A model generated the notes under the pieces. The model did not search any database. It was not told the origin of the DNA and saw nothing but the letters and a program-made list of their open reading frames with translations. From Halodesulfurarchaeum sp. (lineage in GTDB: Archaea; Halobacteriota; Halobacteria; Halobacteriales; Halobacteriaceae), in the NCBI GenBank assembly GCA_042216015.1, contig JBDGUI010000048.1, forward strand, positions 16,615 to 32,713: a stretch of 16,099 nt of DNA, in the 5' to 3' direction. Below, piece by piece: positions 1 through 9,459 of this stretch. Position numbers and translations under genes: made by a program. Position 1 is the stretch's first letter, and each line of letters begins with the position of its first letter.

Positions 1-35
1 CCCGGACCAATCGAGTCGACACGCCCTTCCCGTGA

Positions 36-842
36 CTACCGATGTTGCTCGAACCACTCGACGGCGTAGTCCACCAACGTCCGTTGGTCGAGGAGTTTCG
101 TCTCGGCCTCGGCGACCGACCCGCACACGCCCCCACCATCGGCCTCGAAATCCGCGCCGAGGCTGTCGAAATCGTCGACGTCGAGTTCGATATCCCGATA
201 CTCGACCTCGACCCGTTCGCCCTGGCGGCGGATCGGCGCCCGCCTGGTCATCTCGGCGGACTCCACGTCGGCCAGGTGCTCGGCCAGGTGGAGGGAGGTG
301 TTCGTCCCGTGCCCGGCTCCGAGCAGGAGGATCCGGCCCCCGCGATCGTAGATCCTTCCCATGGGCGAATCGGGACCGAGCCCGTAATCCAGTGGATGGG
401 AGCCGGCGATCCGCTCGGCAGCCGGTCCCCGGACAGCGACCGAGTACAGGGGATGATCGCTCCGCGTGACTCCTGGATACGTCCGAAACGTCTCGGCGAT
501 TCGGCCGAGGCCCCGGGTCGGCGTCCGCTCCGGATCGAAGGGGGGACGGGTTTCTCTGACCGTTTCGACCCAGTCCTCGGGAATGGGTGGATGTTCCCAG
601 TCGGCCGGATCGGTGTACTGGCCCGTATGGGCTGGCATCACCAGGGTGCCACTCGTGCCGACTGCCTCCAGGAGGGCCTCCACGACGGCCTGGGCCCCGC
701 CGCTCACCCATCCGATCTCGCTCAGGGAGGAATGGACGAGGAGCAGGTCTCCCTCCGCCACGCCGAGATCTCCGAGCGCCTCTGTGATCTGTGCCATCGT
801 GACCGGCTCGTCGACGTGGTCGATGACGTCGGCCTCGCCCAT
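36..842 (-). CDS. Aminoglycoside N(3)-acetyltransferase family protein (AAC(3)/YokD-like, Antibiotic_NAT)
   Basis: 268 aa acidic ORF with family motifs LLVHSSLSEIGW, GTLVMPAHT, RSDHPLYS, GRILLLG, NTSLHLAE; BRE/TATA-like GAAAAGATTAG ~25-35 nt upstream of the ATG on the - strand. Confidence 0.9.
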   Translation of the reverse strand: MGEADVIDHVDEPVTMAQITEALGDLGVAEGDLLLVHSSLSEIGWVSGGAQAVVEALLEAVGTSGTLVMPAHTGQYTDPADWEHPPIPEDWVETVRETRPPFDPERTPTRGLGRIAETFRTYPGVTRSDHPLYSVAVRGPAAERIAGSHPLDYGLGPDSPMGRIYDRGGRILLLGAGHGTNTSLHLAEHLADVESAEMTRRAPIRRQGERVEVEYRDIELDVDDFDSLGADFEADGGGVCGSVAEAETKLLDQRTLVDYAVEWFEQHR

Positions 843-894
843 ACGGAGGAGCCGCCCCCGGTCGGCCTAATCTTTTCCCCCGACTCCCAGCCGG

Positions 895-3660
895 TCACTC
901 GGTCAGGAGTTCCCGAAGGACGTAGTGGAGGATGCCGCCGTGTTCGACGTACTCGACGCCGGCGGGGGTGCCGACCTGGGCGGTCACGGGGAACGTCGTC
1001 GTCGACCCGTCCTCGTGGGTCGCGGTGACGGTGAGTTCGGCGTTCACGGAGAGGCCGTCCTCGAGGCCCGTGATCGTGTACCGCTCGGTCCCGTCGAGGC
1101 CGAGGGACTCCCAGGAGTCCCCCTCGGCGAACTGGAGCGGCAGGACCCCCATGCCGATGAGGTTGTCCCGGTAGATCCGCTCGTAACTCTCAGCGATGGT
1201 GGCCCGGATGCCCAGGAGATCCGTGCCCTTCGCCGCCCAGTCCCGGCTCGACCCGGTGCCGAATTCCACGCCCGCCAGCACGACGAGCGGGATGTCATCC
1301 TCCCGATACCGCTCGCTGGCCTCGAAGACGGTGGTCTCCTCGCCCGAGGGCTGATGGATGGTGTAGCCTCCCTCCGTCCCGTCGAGCATCTGGTTCTCGA
1401 TGCGGACGTTCGCGAAGGTCCCTCGCATCATGACCTCGTGGTTTCCCCGTCTGGCCCCGTAGGTGTTGAAATCGACCGGGTCCACGCCGTGATCCATGAG
1501 CCACTGGCCGGCCGGCAGGTCGGGACCGAACGGCCCCGCCGGACTGATGTGGTCGGTGGTGACGGTGTCCCCGAGCGTCAGGAGGCAGCGGGCGTCCTCG
1601 ACGTTCTCGACCCCGGGTTTCTCGAGGGGGAAGTCCTCGAAGAAGGGCGGCTCGCGAATGTACGTGGATTCCTCGTCCCACTCGTAGACGTCGCCGGTCG
1701 GGGCCTCGAGGCTGTTCCAGTGCTCGTCGCCCTGGTGGACGGCGTCGTACTTCTCCTCGAACATCTCGCGGTGCACGCTGTCTGTCATGACCTCATGAAT
1801 CTCCCCCTGGTCCGGCCAGATGTCCTCGAGGAAGACCGGTTCCCCGTTTGGATCGTGGCCCAGGGGGTCGTTCTCCAGGTCGATATCGATGCGTCCGGCC
1901 AGCCCGAAGGCCACGACCAGCGGCGGACTGGCGAGGTAGTTCGCGCGGATCTTCGGGTGAATTCGCGCCTCGAAGTTCCGATTGCCCGAGAGGACACTCG
2001 CCGCCCAGAGATCCCGTTCGTCGATGACGTCCTCGACGGGGTCGGGAAGCGGCCCGGCGTTTCCGATGCAGGTCGTACAGCCGTACCCGACGACGTGGTA
2101 GCCAAGCGCCTCCAGATCCTCGAGCAGCCCCGACTCCTCCAGATATTCGGTCACGACCTGACTGCCGGGGGCCAGGCTGGTCTTGACGTGTGGCGGGACG
2201 TCGATGCCCGCCTCGACGGCGTTTCGGGCCAGCAGCCCTGCCGCGATCATCACTGAGGGATTCGAGGTGTTCGTACAGGACGTGATGGCGCTCACCGCGA
2301 TCGAGCCGTGACCGAACTCGGTCTTCCGGCCGTTGGGCATCTCGATCTCGTACTTCTCGTTGAGGTCCCCGACGGGCAACTCGTCTCCCTCCTCCAGAGA
2401 CGCGGCAGAGCCACCGTTGTCGAGCCAGCGCTCGATGGCCGTCTCATCTGCCTCGCCATGGTCGACCTCGCCCGCGACGAGGTTCCGGAAGTGGGTGCGC
2501 ATGTCGCCCATCGGGATACGCTGGTCCGGTTCGCTCGGGCCGGCCAGGCTTGGCTCGATGTCACCGAGGTCGAGTTCGACCGACTCGGTGTACTCGGGGT
2601 TCTGTTCGCCGAAGAGGCCCTGTGCCTTCAGGTAGGCCTCGACGAGGTCGACGTGTTCCGGATCCCGACCCGTGAGTTCGAGGTAGTCGAGCGTGGCCTC
2701 GTCGACGGGGAACATGCTGATCGTTGATCCCTGCTCCGGAGCCATGTTCGAGATGGTCGCCCGATCCGCCACCGTCAACTCGGCGACGCCGGGGCCGTAG
2801 AACTCGACGAAGCGATCGACCACGCCCACCTCCCGCAGTTTCTCGGTGACGTGAAGAACCAGGTCGGTCGCAGTGGCACCCTCGGGCAGCTCGCCCGTCA
2901 ACTCGACGCCGACCACCTCCGGCAGGTTCATCGTGACCGGCTGGCCGAGGAGGGCCGCCTCGGCCTCGATTCCGCCGACGCCCCACCCCATGACCCCGAT
3001 CCCGCCGATCATCGGCGTGTGGCTGTCGGTGCCGACGAGCGTGTCCGGGAGGAGCCAGCTCTCCCCGTCTTCCTCCCGCTCGTGGACGACCTGTCCCAGG
3101 TACTCGAGGTTGACCTGATGGACGATGCCCGTTCCGGGCGGCACGACGCTGAAGTCCTCGAAGGCCTGGTTGGCCCACTTGATGGCCCGATAGCGCTCCT
3201 CGTTTCGCTCGTACTCCATCTCGACGTTCTTCTGGAAGGCATCGCTCGAGCCGTAGTAGTCGACCTGCACGCTGTGATCGATGACGAGGTCGGCGGGGAT
3301 CTCCGGCTCGACGATCGAGGGATCTCTCCCCTTCCGCTCGGCCGCCGACCGGAGCGCGGCCAGGTCCACGACGGCCGGCACGCCGGTGAGGTCCTGGAGA
3401 ACCACCCGCGATGGCGTGAACGGGACCTCCGCCTCCGGAACGTCCGGCTCCCACGACGCCGCACTCCGGACGTCCTCCTCGGTGATGTCCTCGCCGTCGG
3501 CCTGCCGAAGCACGGATTCGAGCAGCAGTCGAATACTCACCGGCAGCTCATCGAGGTCACAGAGCCCCTCGTCTTCGAGGACCGTGAGATCGGCGATTCG
3601 ATACGATTTCCCGTCGTGTTCGAACTCGCGAAGTGCCCCAAAGGGACCGGTGGCTTGCAT
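895..3660 (-). CDS. acnA: Aconitate hydratase A
   Basis: 921 aa from ATG 3660 (MQATGPF); motifs LQDLTGVPAVVDLAA, IDHSVQVD, GTDSHT, AITSCTNTSNP and GYGCTTCIGN (three 4Fe-4S Cys), SGNRNFE, TTDHISPAG, GTGSSRDWAAKG. Confidence 0.97.
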   Translation of the reverse strand: MQATGPFGALREFEHDGKSYRIADLTVLEDEGLCDLDELPVSIRLLLESVLRQADGEDITEEDVRSAASWEPDVPEAEVPFTPSRVVLQDLTGVPAVVDLAALRSAAERKGRDPSIVEPEIPADLVIDHSVQVDYYGSSDAFQKNVEMEYERNEERYRAIKWANQAFEDFSVVPPGTGIVHQVNLEYLGQVVHEREEDGESWLLPDTLVGTDSHTPMIGGIGVMGWGVGGIEAEAALLGQPVTMNLPEVVGVELTGELPEGATATDLVLHVTEKLREVGVVDRFVEFYGPGVAELTVADRATISNMAPEQGSTISMFPVDEATLDYLELTGRDPEHVDLVEAYLKAQGLFGEQNPEYTESVELDLGDIEPSLAGPSEPDQRIPMGDMRTHFRNLVAGEVDHGEADETAIERWLDNGGSAASLEEGDELPVGDLNEKYEIEMPNGRKTEFGHGSIAVSAITSCTNTSNPSVMIAAGLLARNAVEAGIDVPPHVKTSLAPGSQVVTEYLEESGLLEDLEALGYHVVGYGCTTCIGNAGPLPDPVEDVIDERDLWAASVLSGNRNFEARIHPKIRANYLASPPLVVAFGLAGRIDIDLENDPLGHDPNGEPVFLEDIWPDQGEIHEVMTDSVHREMFEEKYDAVHQGDEHWNSLEAPTGDVYEWDEESTYIREPPFFEDFPLEKPGVENVEDARCLLTLGDTVTTDHISPAGPFGPDLPAGQWLMDHGVDPVDFNTYGARRGNHEVMMRGTFANVRIENQMLDGTEGGYTIHQPSGEETTVFEASERYREDDIPLVVLAGVEFGTGSSRDWAAKGTDLLGIRATIAESYERIYRDNLIGMGVLPLQFAEGDSWESLGLDGTERYTITGLEDGLSVNAELTVTATHEDGSTTTFPVTAQVGTPAGVEYVEHGGILHYVLRELLTE

Positions 3661-3816
3661 GTGCCGGCCTTTGGGATGGGCGGACTTGAATGGTGTCACT
3701 TCGACAGTATTGGCTCGCGAGGGAATTCACTCTCCCGTGCCCTCGAGGGGTCGGTTCGGATCCGTCGGCCGGGAAAAATCACGTGTGTTATTACCGTTCC
3801 GCACAGATCTCGCCAC

Positions 3817-4752
3817 ATGCAGAACGTGCTGGTGACCGGTGCCCGCGGACAGATCGGTTCCGAACTCATTCCCGCGCTACAGGATCGAGACGACGTGGAA
3901 ACGGTCGTCGCGACCGACATCACCGAACCCGAGGACACCTCGGGGCCCACCGAGGAGATCGACGTCAGAGACAGAGCCGCCCTCGCCGACGCCCTCGAGG
4001 AATACGACGTCGATACGGTCTTCCACCTCGCGGCGATCCTCTCGGCGCGCGGCGAGGAAAAACCCCAACTCGCCTTCGAGGTGAACGTCATCGGGATGCA
4101 CAACGTCCTCGAGGCGGGGCGGGAACACGGTCTGGATCGGCTCGTCGTCCCGAGTTCGATCGCCGTCTTCGGTCCCGAAACGCCGCCGAACCCCGCCGAG
4201 ATGACGACACTCGCCCCGCGAACCATCTACGGCATCTCGAAGGTCTTCGGCGAGCACATGGGGAACTACTACAGCTGGAACCACGGCCTCGACGTCCGCG
4301 GTGTCCGGCTGCCGGGCATCATCAGCCACAAGACCCTGCCCGGAGGCGGCACCACCGACTACGCCGTGGAGGTCTTCTACGAGGCCATCGAGAACGGCGA
4401 GTACACGTACTTCGTCCACGAAAACACCGAACTCCCGATGATGTACATGGCCGATGCGATCGATGCCCTCCTCGGGATCGCGACGGCCCCCCGTGAGGCC
4501 CTGGAATACCCGTGCTCGTACAACGTGGGCGCGTTGAGTTTCACGCCGACCGAACTCACGGCGGCAATCCGGGAGCACCTCCCTGATTTCGAGGCCCATT
4601 ACGAGCCCGACGAGCGCCAGCAGATCGCGGACTCGTGGCCGAACGCCGTCGACGACTCCGCGGCCCGCGAGGACTGGGGCTGGGAGCACACCTACGATCT
4701 GGAGACGATGACCCAGGACATGCTCGAGCACCTCGAGGAGAAGCTTTGCTGA
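3817..4752 (+). CDS. tdh: L-threonine 3-dehydrogenase, extended-SDR (NAD-dependent epimerase/dehydratase) type
   Basis: 311 aa from ATG 3817; VLVTGARGQIG Rossmann motif, FHLAAILSA, PSSIAVFG, YGISK (YxxxK), PGGGTTDYAV and RQQIADSWP typical of SDR-type TDH; adjacent to kbl; TGTTATTA TATA-like box at 3786-3793. Confidence 0.85.
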   Translation: MQNVLVTGARGQIGSELIPALQDRDDVETVVATDITEPEDTSGPTEEIDVRDRAALADALEEYDVDTVFHLAAILSARGEEKPQLAFEVNVIGMHNVLEAGREHGLDRLVVPSSIAVFGPETPPNPAEMTTLAPRTIYGISKVFGEHMGNYYSWNHGLDVRGVRLPGIISHKTLPGGGTTDYAVEVFYEAIENGEYTYFVHENTELPMMYMADAIDALLGIATAPREALEYPCSYNVGALSFTPTELTAAIREHLPDFEAHYEPDERQQIADSWPNAVDDSAAREDWGWEHTYDLETMTQDMLEHLEEKLC

Positions 4753-4770
4753 ACGCCCGTTCTGTTCCCC

Positions 4771-5949
4771 TCAGATCAGATCCAGATCGGCCCCGACCTC
4801 CTCGTAGACCCGCAGCGCCTCGTCGATGTCCTCCTTCGTGTGCCCGGCACTGAGCTGATTGCGGATCCGCGCCTCGCCGCGTGGGACCATCGGGAACACG
4901 ATTGGGAGGGCGAAGATCCCGTTCTCGAACAGGCGGTTGCCGAGTTCCTTGGCCTTGTTACTGTCACCGACCATGGCGGGCACGATCGGCGTCTCGCTCC
5001 GACCGGTGTCCCAGCCCATCGACTCCATCTCGCTCGCGAAGTACTCACGATTTTTCCAGAGTTTCTCGACCCGTCCCGGTTCGTCCTCGATGATCTCGAG
5101 GGCCCTGATGTTCGCCGCCGCGATCGCGGGTGGATAGCCCGCGCTCAGCAGCCACGTCCGGGCGGTGTTATACGCGTACTCGATGACCTCCTCGTCGCCG
5201 GCGAGCATGCCGCCGAAGCCACCGGCCGCCTTCGAGAACGTCCCCATCTGGAAGTCGATATCGTCCTCGAGGTCGAACTCGGTGGCGATGCCGTGTCCGC
5301 CGCCGAGTACGCCTTCGCCGTGGGCGTCGTCGACGTAGGTCATCGCCCCATACTCGTCGGCGAGGTCCTGGATCTCGTCCATCGGGGCCACGTCGCCGTC
5401 CATCGAGAACACGCCGTCGGTCACGACGATGATCCGTTCGTACTCCTCGTGGACGTCCTCGAGGGTCTCCTCGAGGCTGCCCATGTCCGTGTGCTCGTAG
5501 ATCTGCACGTCGGCCGGCGAGAGCCGCACCCCGTCGATGATGCTGCCGTGGTTCAGCTCATCGGAGAGGTAGACGTCGCCGTCCTCGAGCAGCTGGGGCA
5601 GGACGCCGGCGTTCACGGCGAAGCCGGTCTGGAAGGAGATGCCAGCCTCGGTGTTCTTGAAGTCGGCGATCTTTCGGTTCAACTCGTCCTGGATCTCCAT
5701 GTAGCCCGCGATCGACCAGTCCGATCCCGCGCCCATGCCGTACTCCTCGATCGCCTCCCGCGCCGCCTTCTTGACCCGCGGGTCGTTTGCGAGGTCGAGA
5801 TAGTTGTTCGCGGCGAGGAGGACGGCCTCCTTGCCCTCCACGGTCACGTTTGGCTTCGATGGCCCCTCCAGCTGGCGAAGATCCCAGGTTTCCCCCCGCT
5901 CGCGCATCTCCTCGACTTTCTCGGCCAGGTACTGTGTTTTCCCGGACAT
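4771..5949 (-). CDS. kbl: Glycine C-acetyltransferase / 2-amino-3-ketobutyrate CoA ligase (class II PLP alpha-oxoamine synthase)
   Basis: 392 aa; ANNYL, SDELNHGSIIDGVRL, TDGVFSMDGD, VDDAHG, GTFSKA (PLP lysine), FPMVPRGEARIR; the tdh neighbour favours Kbl over BioF. Confidence 0.85.
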   Translation of the reverse strand: MSGKTQYLAEKVEEMRERGETWDLRQLEGPSKPNVTVEGKEAVLLAANNYLDLANDPRVKKAAREAIEEYGMGAGSDWSIAGYMEIQDELNRKIADFKNTEAGISFQTGFAVNAGVLPQLLEDGDVYLSDELNHGSIIDGVRLSPADVQIYEHTDMGSLEETLEDVHEEYERIIVVTDGVFSMDGDVAPMDEIQDLADEYGAMTYVDDAHGEGVLGGGHGIATEFDLEDDIDFQMGTFSKAAGGFGGMLAGDEEVIEYAYNTARTWLLSAGYPPAIAAANIRALEIIEDEPGRVEKLWKNREYFASEMESMGWDTGRSETPIVPAMVGDSNKAKELGNRLFENGIFALPIVFPMVPRGEARIRNQLSAGHTKEDIDEALRVYEEVGADLDLI

Positions 5950-6174
5950 GTGTCTGCCCCTACGGACCGCCCCCGCAAAAGCGTACCCGAGTTCGAGTCA
6001 CATCCGGTCCCGGATCCTCCATGCCGAAGCGGTGTCACGAAGTCATCGCGGCGGCTGGCATTTTCGAACCTGAGGCCTGATCGATACTGAACCCCTTTCG
6101 AATCGTGTGAGAGAACCGCAGAGAATTGAACGGGTAGAACAATACTTTTGACGCTGAGTGGCCAAGGGCGGATA

Positions 6175-6543
6175 ATGGCATTCAGCGACGAGATCCGGGA
6201 CGCCCTCTCGGAGGTCTACGACCCTGAGATCCCGGTGAACATCGTCGATCTCGGGCTCGTATACTCGATCGATGTCGACGAGGAGTCGGGTTCGGCATAC
6301 ATCGAAATGACGCTGACGAGCATGGGCTGTCCGATCGCGGATTCCATCAAGCGGAACGTGAGCGTGGCAGCGAGCGGGGTCGAGGGCGTCGAGGACGTCA
6401 CGGTGGAACTCGTCTGGGAGCCGCCGTGGTCCCCGGCGAAGGCGACCGAAACCGGGAAGGCGAAACTCGAATCGATGGGAATCAGGGTCCCGAACTACGA
6501 CACCGACGGCGAGGAGCCCTCCGGCCCGGAGACACCCTTCTGA
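6175..6543 (+). CDS. DUF59/SufT/PaaD-like metal-sulfur cluster assembly factor
   Basis: 122 aa from ATG 6175; VYDPEIPVNIVDLGLVY, MTLTSMGCP, VELVWEPPWS motifs; TACTTTTG TATA-like box at 6143-6150. Confidence 0.9.
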   Translation: MAFSDEIRDALSEVYDPEIPVNIVDLGLVYSIDVDEESGSAYIEMTLTSMGCPIADSIKRNVSVAASGVEGVEDVTVELVWEPPWSPAKATETGKAKLESMGIRVPNYDTDGEEPSGPETPF

Positions 6544-6552
6544 GCGATTCTT

Positions 6553-6657
6553 ATCCGTCTCATTGTCGACGATCGTGAAACCCGGGCTTCGACCGAAATG
6601 CTCAGATACAGGTGTCGCCCTGCTGCCGTCCTCGCCGGTCGGACGTGCAGTGCGCAT
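6553..6657 (-). pseudogene. Truncated N-terminal remnant of a NifB/NifX (FeMo-co biosynthesis-like) family small protein
   Basis: ATG at 6657 gives MRTARPTGEDGSRATPVSEHFGRSPGFTIVDNETD, resembling the family's N-terminal VSxHFGRAxxFxIVD motif; similarity stops where the DUF59 gene ends; CGAAACCGTTCAT BRE/TATA-like element ~27-39 nt upstream. Confidence 0.6.
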
Positions 6658-6788
6658 TCGGTCGTCGTCGGGGCGGAGGTGGGATGAACGGTTTCGCTTC
6701 GGGGCCGACGTCGCTCCGCATCTGAGAGCGGGTCCCGGCTCCCATCGGGGCGATGCGTGCACCACTCTCGTCACCGTCGGATCGAACC

Positions 6789-7727
6789 TCAGTGACCGCA
6801 ATTGGTGAGATACTCCTCGCGTTTGCTGTCTCTCGGAAACAGTTCGACGGTCGCGTGATCGACCCCGTAGTGGGCGAGGACGTCATGGGTACACCGGGTC
6901 ACCCTCTCGGCCTTGTCCATCGACTCGACGGTTGTTTCGAGGTGCGCGGTGGCGACGGTGATTTGACTGCAGATCTGCCACGCGTGGAGGTCGTCTATCC
7001 CGGCCACCTCCTCGATTTCGAGGAGGCTGGCTCGAACCTCCTGTTGGTCGAATGGGGTCCGATGGAGAAAGATCGCGCCGCTCCCGAAAAGTACCTTTCC
7101 TGCCGACCACGCAATGAGGAGCGCGATCAGTCCCGCGACGAGTGGATCGACGATCGTGAGGCCAGTCACCTCGACGACGACCGTCGAGACGATGACCGCA
7201 ATCGAACCGCCGGCATCGCCAAGGAGATGATAGAACGCTCCCCGTTCGTTGAGGCTCATCTCGCCGCCCTCGAGAACGGCCACCGACCCGACGTTGACCA
7301 GCAACCCTCCGGTCGCGATGACGAGTGTGGGGAGGGTACCGATCGCGATCGGGTCGAGAAATCGGTGATAGGATTCCCAGAGAATATATCCGACCATCGG
7401 CAGCAGGAGAATGGCGTTGATGAACGCTGCGAGAGGTTCGAGACGGTGGAGGCCGAACGACCATCGATCCCGCTCGCCGTATCGCTCGGCGAGGTGGGCA
7501 GCGGCGAATGCCATCACGTATGCCACGGCATCGAACAGCATGTGGAAGGCGTCACTGAGCAGGGCGACGGATCCGAACAGGAGACCGCCGGCGAGTTCAG
7601 CGAGGAAGCCGACGAGATTGATCGCCGAAACGGCAGCCAACGTTCGGCTGCTCGTCGAAGACTTTTCCTGCCCGTGGTTGTGGTCTCCGGGGTCACCGAG
7701 GCCAGGGGACGGCTGGCGTTCGACCAT
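6789..7727 (-). CDS. Cation diffusion facilitator (CzcD/ZitB-like Zn/Co/Cd transporter)
   Basis: About 6 hydrophobic segments; TM2 SDAFHMLFD and TM5 YHLLGD (HxxxD/HxxxD metal site), SFGLHRLE, C-terminal DLHAWQI and HATVE. Start 7727 preferred because TATTTTAG lies ~27 nt upstream; 7745 is the alternative. Confidence 0.92.
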   Translation of the reverse strand: MVERQPSPGLGDPGDHNHGQEKSSTSSRTLAAVSAINLVGFLAELAGGLLFGSVALLSDAFHMLFDAVAYVMAFAAAHLAERYGERDRWSFGLHRLEPLAAFINAILLLPMVGYILWESYHRFLDPIAIGTLPTLVIATGGLLVNVGSVAVLEGGEMSLNERGAFYHLLGDAGGSIAVIVSTVVVEVTGLTIVDPLVAGLIALLIAWSAGKVLFGSGAIFLHRTPFDQQEVRASLLEIEEVAGIDDLHAWQICSQITVATAHLETTVESMDKAERVTRCTHDVLAHYGVDHATVELFPRDSKREEYLTNCGH

Positions 7728-7865
7728 TTCGTCTACTCTTTCCATGACCCTAAAATAGGTCCTTTGAAAGTGGTCGCGAAGAGATCGAATAGTGGTTCTG
7801 TTTCATTCTTCAGGTGAACCGAGCGTTACCAGACGGCCTGATAGCGGAACATCCCGCGGCATCAC

Positions 7866-8318
7866 TCAGCCCCGTTCGGGCGCTTCGATCTCGTCGAACA
7901 GCGTGCTCACGCGCTCTGCGATCTCGTCTCGAATCTCGCGGACGCGATGGGGAGCCTTTCCCTTCGGGTCATCGAGGTCCCAGTCGCGGTTCTCCCCGGC
8001 CCAGGAGGCCGGACAGATGTCGTCGGCCGAACAACCCATCGTGATGAGGTAGTCGCTGTCCCGTGTCTCCTCGAAGGTGATCTCCCTGGGCGTTCGATCG
8101 GCGATATCGATGCCGACCTGGGCCATCGCCTCGACGACCGCCTCGTGAACGTGGTCGGCCGGTCGTGTTCCGCCCATGAGGAGCTCGACTGCGTCATCGA
8201 GGCCCCGGGCTGTAACCTCCCGTTTCCCGAAGGCATGCGCCATCTGGGAACGGCCGGCGTTCCGGACACAGACGAACGCGATTCGAACCGCGTCTTGGGC
8301 CCCCGTGATTTCAGTCAT
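7866..8318 (-). CDS. arsC: Arsenate reductase, LMW-PTP (thioredoxin-coupled) family
   Basis: 150 aa; FVCVRNAGRSQMA (CX5R), ITMGCSADDICP resolving Cys pair, WDLDDP; start overlaps the acr3 stop (ATGACTGA). Confidence 0.9.
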   Translation of the reverse strand: MTEITGAQDAVRIAFVCVRNAGRSQMAHAFGKREVTARGLDDAVELLMGGTRPADHVHEAVVEAMAQVGIDIADRTPREITFEETRDSDYLITMGCSADDICPASWAGENRDWDLDDPKGKAPHRVREIRDEIAERVSTLFDEIEAPERG

Positions 8319-9459
8319 CCTTGGTGACTGGATCGGAGCCTCCCCCACGGGAATCGGCCGTTAGCTTGGCGCTCTCGAGCTGTCCCGTCGTATGACCTCG
8401 CCAGTCCACGTTGCGCTCGAACCACAGTGCAACGTACACGAGCGAGAGCAGGACTGGCACCTCGATCAGCGGTCCGATGACGGTCGTGAAGGCGACCCCC
8501 GAGCCGACCCCAAAAACGGCGACAGCGACGGCAATCGCGAGTTCGAAGTTGTTCGAGGCGGCGGTAAAGCCGATCGCTGTCGTCGTCGCGTAGTCCGCTC
8601 CAATCCAGTGGCCCAACCCGAAGCCGAGGAAGAACTGAACGACGAAGTAGATCGAAAGCGGAATCGCGACGAGAAGCACGTCGGTCGGCTGGCCGACGAT
8701 CCGCTTGCCCTGCATCGCGAACATGACGATCACGGTGAAGAGCAATGCGACGAGGGTCAGCGGATCGATGCTTGGGACGAACTTCTCCTCGTACCACTCG
8801 ACGCCCCTGATCCGGGTGCCCACGAGCCGCGAGAGGATACCCGCGGCGAACGGGATTCCGAGGAAGATCGCGATCGCCTCGAAGACCTCTCTGGCGGTGA
8901 TGTCGAACGCCGCGATTCCGGCGGTCAACGTCTCGAGCCCGAGGAAATCGGGCAAGAAGAGCGCGAAGAACGTGACGTACACACCGTAGGTCAGGATCTG
9001 GAAGACGCTGTTGAAGGCGACCAGGCCGGCGGCGTACTCGCTCGACCCCTCCGCGAGGTCGTTCCAGACCAGTACCATTGCGATGCATCGCGCCATCCCG
9101 ATGAAAACGAGACCGAGGAAGAACTCGGGGCGAGCCGGGAGGCCGGGGACGATCCCGCCGAAGAAGAGGAGCGCGAGGATGACCATCAGCGTCGGCCCGA
9201 GTATCCAGTTCTGGAACAGGCTCAATCCGAGTACCTTCCACTGGGCGAACACCCGGGGCAACTGGCCGTAGTTGACCTTCGCTAGCGGCGGATACATCAT
9301 CAAGATGAGTCCGATTGGCACGAGATGGAGCCCCTGAATCGGCTGGGTCACAGACGGCACGACGTAGCCCAATCCCACACCGATGGCCATCGCCCCGAAG
9401 ATCCAGACGGTGAGGTACTTATCGAGGAAGTCGAGTGATTCCGACACCCCCTCACTCAT
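8311..9459 (-). CDS. acr3: ACR3-family arsenite efflux transporter
   Basis: 382 aa multi-TM; LDKYLTVWI, MMYPPLAKV, GMARCIAMVLVWNDLA (conserved Cys), ASNNFELAIAVAV, GPLIEVPVL. Confidence 0.95.
   Translation of the reverse strand: MSEGVSESLDFLDKYLTVWIFGAMAIGVGLGYVVPSVTQPIQGLHLVPIGLILMMYPPLAKVNYGQLPRVFAQWKVLGLSLFQNWILGPTLMVILALLFFGGIVPGLPARPEFFLGLVFIGMARCIAMVLVWNDLAEGSSEYAAGLVAFNSVFQILTYGVYVTFFALFLPDFLGLETLTAGIAAFDITAREVFEAIAIFLGIPFAAGILSRLVGTRIRGVEWYEEKFVPSIDPLTLVALLFTVIVMFAMQGKRIVGQPTDVLLVAIPLSIYFVVQFFLGFGLGHWIGADYATTTAIGFTAASNNFELAIAVAVAVFGVGSGVAFTTVIGPLIEVPVLLSLVYVALWFERNVDWRGHTTGQLESAKLTADSRGGGSDPVTKDD

Noticed and set aside
2851..3816. 633-aa ORF 2851..4752 suggesting a long N-terminal extension on Tdh
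   Set aside because: The extension is mostly the antisense shadow frame of acnA; the SDR domain begins right after ATG 3817, which has its own TATA-like box.
42..6090. Long opposite-strand ORFs (42..1028, 925..2256, 3877..4731, 4840..6090 and similar ones elsewhere)
   Set aside because: Antisense or off-frame shadows of real genes, expected in high-GC DNA, with no family motifs.
6145..6154. CTTTTGACGC identical to 15504-15513 upstream of rps6e
   Set aside because: Both are at the TATA position, so the match is explained by core promoter consensus plus chance, not evidence of a shared regulon.
6517..6528. CCCTCCGGCCCG resembling the tRNA-Lys 3' end, a possible distal att site of an island
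   Set aside because: Only 12 nt, has an indel, is in inverted orientation relative to the tRNA, lies inside a CDS, and no integrase is present; compatible with chance.
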